Assembly (NCBI GenBank): GCA_963708135.1
Contig: OY970192.1
Span: forward strand, 4,288,001 to 4,352,000
DNA length: 64,000 nucleotides
Origin: an uncultured Gemmatimonadales bacterium
Lineage (GTDB): Bacteria > Gemmatimonadota > Gemmatimonadetes > Longimicrobiales > RSA9
Direction of reading: 5' to 3'
Positions 59,625 to 64,000 of this stretch are shown here, one piece after another (positions within the stretch are counted from its first letter, which is position 1; each line of letters begins with the position of its first letter). A program made the translations under genes and the position numbers. The notes under the pieces are model-generated. The model was not told the origin of the DNA. It did no database searches and saw only the letters and a list, made by a program, of their open reading frames with translations.

Positions 59625-62231
59625 ATGATGCCGACCCCGATCCGTGCGCGCGCCGGCGCCGCGCTTCTCGCCGTCCTGGCTCTTCTCGGTGGCTGTGCCG
59701 CGCCCGCGCCCAGGCCCGCTCCCGCGCCCGCCCCGCGGGCGGATCTCTCGGCCGCGGGGCGCCTGCCCACCGGGGCACGTCTGGACCCGGTGGTTCCGGG
59801 CACCCCGGCCGGCAACTTCCCGCTCTCGATCGCACTCGCGCCGGACGGCCACCACGCGCTGCTGCTCACGAGCGGCTGGCGCGAGCAGGCCATCGAGGTC
59901 GTGGACCTCGATGCGGGGCAGGTGACGCAGACGATCGTGCAGCCGGCGGCGTTTCTTGGGCTGGCGTTCGCGCCGGATGGGCGGACGGTCTACGCCTCCG
60001 GTGGCAACCAGGACGCGATCTACCGCTACGGCTGGGCGGACGGGCGGCTCTCCGCGCGCGACTCGATCTCGCTGGCGCCGCCCGACACGGCGCTCGCGGC
60101 CAATCCGGCGGCGCCCGGCGTGACTGCCGTTCATGGCCGCCAGTCGGGGAAGCACTACCCGGCCGGCCTCGCGCTCTCCGGTGATGGCAGCACGCTGTAC
60201 GTGGCTGAGAACCTCGGCGACCGGCTGGCGGTGGTTGATGTGGCGAGCGGCAGGGTGATCCAGGGCTTCCCCACCGAGCGTTACCCGTACGGGGTGGCGG
60301 TGGGCCCGGACGGCCGCGTGTACGTCTCGGCGTGGGGCGGCCACACCGTGTCCGTGTTCGCGCCGACGGGCGAAGGCGGGCGCGTCCGTCCGCTCGCGCG
60401 GATCCGGGTCGGGAGGCACCCCTCGGCGCTTGCGCTCTCGGCGGATGGCGCGCGCCTCTTCGTCGCCTCCTCGACGACGGACCGCGTGAGCGTGGTGGAC
60501 ACTCGCGCCGGCACGGTGGTGGCGGAGCTCCGGGATGCGCCGCCGTCGGGGCCGGACGAGGGGAGCACCCCGGACGCGCTGGCGCTCTCGGCGGACGGGC
60601 GCCGCCTCTTCGTGGCGGAGGCGGACGCGAATGCCGTCGCCATCTTCGATCTGAGCGCGGCGACGTCCGGCGTTTCGGCTGCGGCGGGCGACGACTCGCT
60701 GGCCGGCCGGCTCCCCGTGGGCTGGTACCCGACGGCACTGGTCACGAGCGGCGGCGCGCTGCTGGTCGTGAACGGCAAGGGCTTGCCGCCCACGGCGAAT
60801 CCCGGGCTGCCCCAGCCGGGGCACCGGACCCCGCCGGATTCGCGCGACTACACCCTCGGGCAGCTGACGGGGACGCTCATGCGGGTGCCGGACGCCGCCG
60901 GGCTGGGTGGCGCGGCGCTGGCGCGTCTGAGCGCCCGGGTCGAGCGGGCGAACGGCTGGGGCACGCTCGGCCGGGCCCACGTCGGGCGCGACGCCTACCC
61001 GCCCTTCGAGCACGTGCTCTACGTCATCAAGGAGAACCGCACCTACGACCAGGTGCTGGGGGACCTTCCCGGCGGCGACGGCGACACCGCGCTCGTCTTC
61101 TTCCCGCGCGCGGTCACGCCCAACCACCACGCCCTCGCGGAGCGGTTCGGCATCTTCGACCGCTTCTTCGTGAACGCGGAGGTCAGCGCGGACGGCCACA
61201 ACTGGTCGACCGCGGCCTACGCCGCGGACTACGTGACCAAGACCGTCGCGTCCAACTACTCCAGGCGCGGCCGCAGCTACGACTACGAGGGCACCAACCG
61301 CGGCCGGGCGGTGGATGATGACGAGGACGTGAACGCCCCCGCCAACGGCTATCTCTGGGACCTGGCCGCGCGCGCGGGCGTCGGCTTTCGCGACTACGGC
61401 GAGTTCGTGCACCTGGCCACCCCCGGCGGCGAGCCGGTGCCGGACGGCGACAAGCCGACGCCCGCTGACGTTTACGCCGGCAACAAGCCGGTGCTGGCCG
61501 GGCACGTGGACCCGCGCTTCCCCGGCTTCGATCTCTCGATTCCCGACCAGGCCCGCGCCGACGAGTGGATCCGCGAGCTCCACGAGGACGAGCGCTCCGG
61601 CGAGATGCCCGCCCTCGAGATCATCCGGCTGCCGGACGATCACACGGCCGGCGCGAGCGCGGGCATGCCCACGCCGCGCGCCTTCCTGGCGGACAACGAC
61701 CTCGCCCTCGGCCGCATGATCGACGCGCTCTCGCACAGCCGCTTCTGGAAGAGCACCGTGGTCTTCGTCCTCGAGGACGATGCCCAGAACGGCCCGGACC
61801 ACGTGGACTCGCACCGCTCGCCCCTGCTCGTCATCTCGGCCTACAACCGGCCCGGCGTGATCCACCGCTTCGCCAACACGACCGACGTGCTGGCCACCAT
61901 CGCGGACATCCTCGACCTCGGCTCGCTTTCGCAGTTCGACTACTACGGCCGCCCGCTGCACGGCATCTTCGCCGAAAGCGCGGACCTCACGCCGTACACG
62001 GCGGTCCAGCCGTCCGTGGACCTGAGCGAGAGGAACCCCGCCACCGGCGTGGGCGCCATCGAGTCGCGGCGGCTACGCCTCCACCGCGAGGATGAGTCCG
62101 ACGACGATCTCTTCAACCACATCCTCTGGCGCGCCATCAAGGGGCCCGACGTGCCGTACCCCGGCGCCCGCCGGGCCTCCACACTGACGCTGCAGCACGG
62201 CGGCCGCGACACCCCGAACCCCAGCCGCTGA
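59625..62231 (+). CDS. Lipoprotein with YVTN beta-propeller and phosphoesterase (alkaline-phosphatase superfamily) domain
   Basis: Lipobox LGGC; repeated LALS.DG..L.VA blades; IKENRTYDQ, SADGHNW, EDDAQNGPDHVDSHRS. Confidence 0.9.
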   Translation: MMPTPIRARAGAALLAVLALLGGCAAPAPRPAPAPAPRADLSAAGRLPTGARLDPVVPGTPAGNFPLSIALAPDGHHALLLTSGWREQAIEVVDLDAGQVTQTIVQPAAFLGLAFAPDGRTVYASGGNQDAIYRYGWADGRLSARDSISLAPPDTALAANPAAPGVTAVHGRQSGKHYPAGLALSGDGSTLYVAENLGDRLAVVDVASGRVIQGFPTERYPYGVAVGPDGRVYVSAWGGHTVSVFAPTGEGGRVRPLARIRVGRHPSALALSADGARLFVASSTTDRVSVVDTRAGTVVAELRDAPPSGPDEGSTPDALALSADGRRLFVAEADANAVAIFDLSAATSGVSAAAGDDSLAGRLPVGWYPTALVTSGGALLVVNGKGLPPTANPGLPQPGHRTPPDSRDYTLGQLTGTLMRVPDAAGLGGAALARLSARVERANGWGTLGRAHVGRDAYPPFEHVLYVIKENRTYDQVLGDLPGGDGDTALVFFPRAVTPNHHALAERFGIFDRFFVNAEVSADGHNWSTAAYAADYVTKTVASNYSRRGRSYDYEGTNRGRAVDDDEDVNAPANGYLWDLAARAGVGFRDYGEFVHLATPGGEPVPDGDKPTPADVYAGNKPVLAGHVDPRFPGFDLSIPDQARADEWIRELHEDERSGEMPALEIIRLPDDHTAGASAGMPTPRAFLADNDLALGRMIDALSHSRFWKSTVVFVLEDDAQNGPDHVDSHRSPLLVISAYNRPGVIHRFANTTDVLATIADILDLGSLSQFDYYGRPLHGIFAESADLTPYTAVQPSVDLSERNPATGVGAIESRRLRLHREDESDDDLFNHILWRAIKGPDVPYPGARRASTLTLQHGGRDTPNPSR

Positions 62232-62335
62232 GTCCCGGGGGTCGGAACCTCTCGCCGGCCGCCGTGTTTAGAGTACGACCGGCCTCCGGCCGGATCCCGG
62301 CCCACCGCCCCAGACATCTCGGGAGGTGTTCCGCC

Positions 62336-63118
62336 ATGCCCGCCGTCCCGAACGGACGCGGTCCTGCCCGTCCCACTCTTCGCCTCGCCGGCGCCTGCCT
62401 GATGCTCGGCCTGATCGGGGTCGCCCCGCTGCGGGCGCAAGGCGCCTCCGATTCCGCCGCCGTCATCTCCGGCCGCGTGGTCAATGCCGAGACCGGACAC
62501 CCGCTGCTCGGCGCCGCCATCTCGTTCGGAAAGAAGGGGCGCGAGGTGCTCACCGACAGCGCCGGCCGTTTCGCGGTGCGCGTCGCTGCCGGAACCTACC
62601 CGCTGCGGATCTCGCAGCTCGGCTACCGCGACCAGTGGCGGGCGATCGACATCGACGCCGCGGCACGACCCGCCAGCCTCGAGGTGCGGCTGGAGCCCGA
62701 CCCGGTGCTGCTGGAGGGGATCACCGCCATCGCGGACCGGTTCCGCGCCCGCCGCAACGCAGTCTCCGTGGCGGTGCGCGCCTTCGACCGGCAGCGGCTG
62801 TTGGCGACCGGAGCACAGAACATGGCGCAGTTCCTCGAGGAGGATGCGTTCCTGCACCGCGCCGCTTGTCGGGGCGGCAGCTTCTCGGACGTGTTCCTGG
62901 ACTGTGCCTGGGTGCGCGGCAGGGCCACGCCGATCCAGGTCTACATCGATGACATGCCCAAGCTCGGCGGCCTGAACGAGCTCGCCATGTACCACCCCTC
63001 CGAGATGTACCTCATCGAGGTTTACGCCGGCGGCAGGCAGGTGCGCGCCTATACCACCTGGTGGGTCGCGTTCAGCGCGCGGCATCACATCAGGCCACAG
63101 CCCGTGATCCTGTACTGA
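62336..63118 (+). CDS. Secreted carboxypeptidase-regulatory-like domain protein with plug-like C-terminus
   Basis: ISGRVV..ETG.PL.GA, TDSAGRF, SQLGY; VYIDD...IEVY. Confidence 0.7.
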   Translation: MPAVPNGRGPARPTLRLAGACLMLGLIGVAPLRAQGASDSAAVISGRVVNAETGHPLLGAAISFGKKGREVLTDSAGRFAVRVAAGTYPLRISQLGYRDQWRAIDIDAAARPASLEVRLEPDPVLLEGITAIADRFRARRNAVSVAVRAFDRQRLLATGAQNMAQFLEEDAFLHRAACRGGSFSDVFLDCAWVRGRATPIQVYIDDMPKLGGLNELAMYHPSEMYLIEVYAGGRQVRAYTTWWVAFSARHHIRPQPVILY

Positions 63119-63278
63119 TCCGATCGCCACTCGGTCCGAGCCCGGGCGCCCCCCTTCCCGCGCCAGTTTGTCTTTGCCCGACCCCGCCCATATTCTTTTT
63201 CCCGTGGCACCTTCGTGAACGCGAACCATCGCCGCGGCACGCTCCCGCCAGGGAGTCGCCGCGGCGGGGCGAGGTTGA

Positions 63279-63970
63279 ATGTCCGAGAACGTCGAACGCA
63301 CGCTGAACCATTACGCCCTCGTCGCCTTCACCGACGCCTACTGGGCGCTGGACGCGGAGGCGCGCGAGACCTTCCACGCGGCCTGGCTGTCCGGGATGCG
63401 CAATGCGGCGGCCGCGGTGCACCTCTACCAGGTCTTCCCCACCGAGACCGACGCGGACCTGCTCGTCTGGAGCGCCGTGCCGGCGGACGAGGTCGGCGCC
63501 GCCGCGCGCTTCTTCGAGGCGTTCGCGCGCGCGACCAACCCCTGGCGCCGCTACCTGCGCCTGACCACCACGCTGTGGGGCTACACGAAGCCCTCGCAGT
63601 ACAGCCGCGCGCAGCGCTCGCCACAGGAGCTGGAGCCGTTCTCGGCCGAGAGGAAGCACTACCTCACGATCTATCCGTTCGTGAAGACGGCCGGCTGGTA
63701 CCTGATGAGCCGGGACGCGCGCCAGGGCATGATGAACGAGCACATCCGGGTCGGGAAGCAGTACCCGGAGATCCTGCAGCTGCTGCTCTACTCCTTCGGC
63801 GTGCAGGACCAGGAGTTCGTCGTCGTGTACGAATGGACGACCTGCGCCAGTTCTCCGATCTCGTCGCCGACCTCCGCGCCGTCGAGGGCCGCAAGTACAC
63901 CGAGCGCGACACGCCCCTGCACGCAGGCGTCTGGAGGCCGGCCGAAGAGACGCTGGCGCTGTTCCGATGA
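63279..63970 (+). pseudogene. Chlorite dismutase / coproheme decarboxylase (ChdC/HemQ) family, one frameshift near 63833
   Basis: IYPFVKT..WY, RQGMMNEHIRVG, YSFGVQDQEFVVVYE, then a shifted frame DDLRQFSDLVADLR..E.RKYTERDTP. Confidence 0.85.
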
Positions 63971-64000
63971 GCGCCACGCCAGGCGACGCCGCCGCCGATC

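Overview
High-GC bacterial DNA. The gene content (BlaI/M56 modules, carboxypeptidase-regulatory/plug protein, heptamer repeats) suggests Gemmatimonadota, but that is inference only. Positions 1-~16.5 kb are an accessory defence island. It holds the right part of an IS21-family element, a patch of decayed gene fragments (BrnT/BrnA-like TA, kinase), and a DUF932 gene. Its core is a translationally coupled type I R-M operon (hsdM-hsdS-hsdR) with two extra genes between hsdM and hsdS. One is a GmrSD-like DUF262/HNH protein with a C-terminal HEPN domain, split by an IS630 element. The other is an RloC-like SMC/Rad50 ATPase flanked by a duplicated hsdS 5' end. The remaining ~47 kb looks chromosomal: a PIN TA pair, two tandem beta-barrel-like paralogues, two BlaI/M56 signalling modules with readable promoters and operators, ndh, dinB, GT4 plus a glycogen-debranching-like enzyme, hydrolases, an NSS transporter with a PLP enzyme, psd, FKBPs, iaaA, a TetR-led LolA-like/MacB-type ABC operon, a beta-propeller phosphoesterase and a frameshifted chlorite-dismutase/ChdC gene. 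Four intergenic regions share an unexplained layout of three imperfect inverted-repeat units at a ~61-bp period. No rRNA, tRNA or cas genes were seen. All family assignments come from motif recognition by eye; no searches were run.
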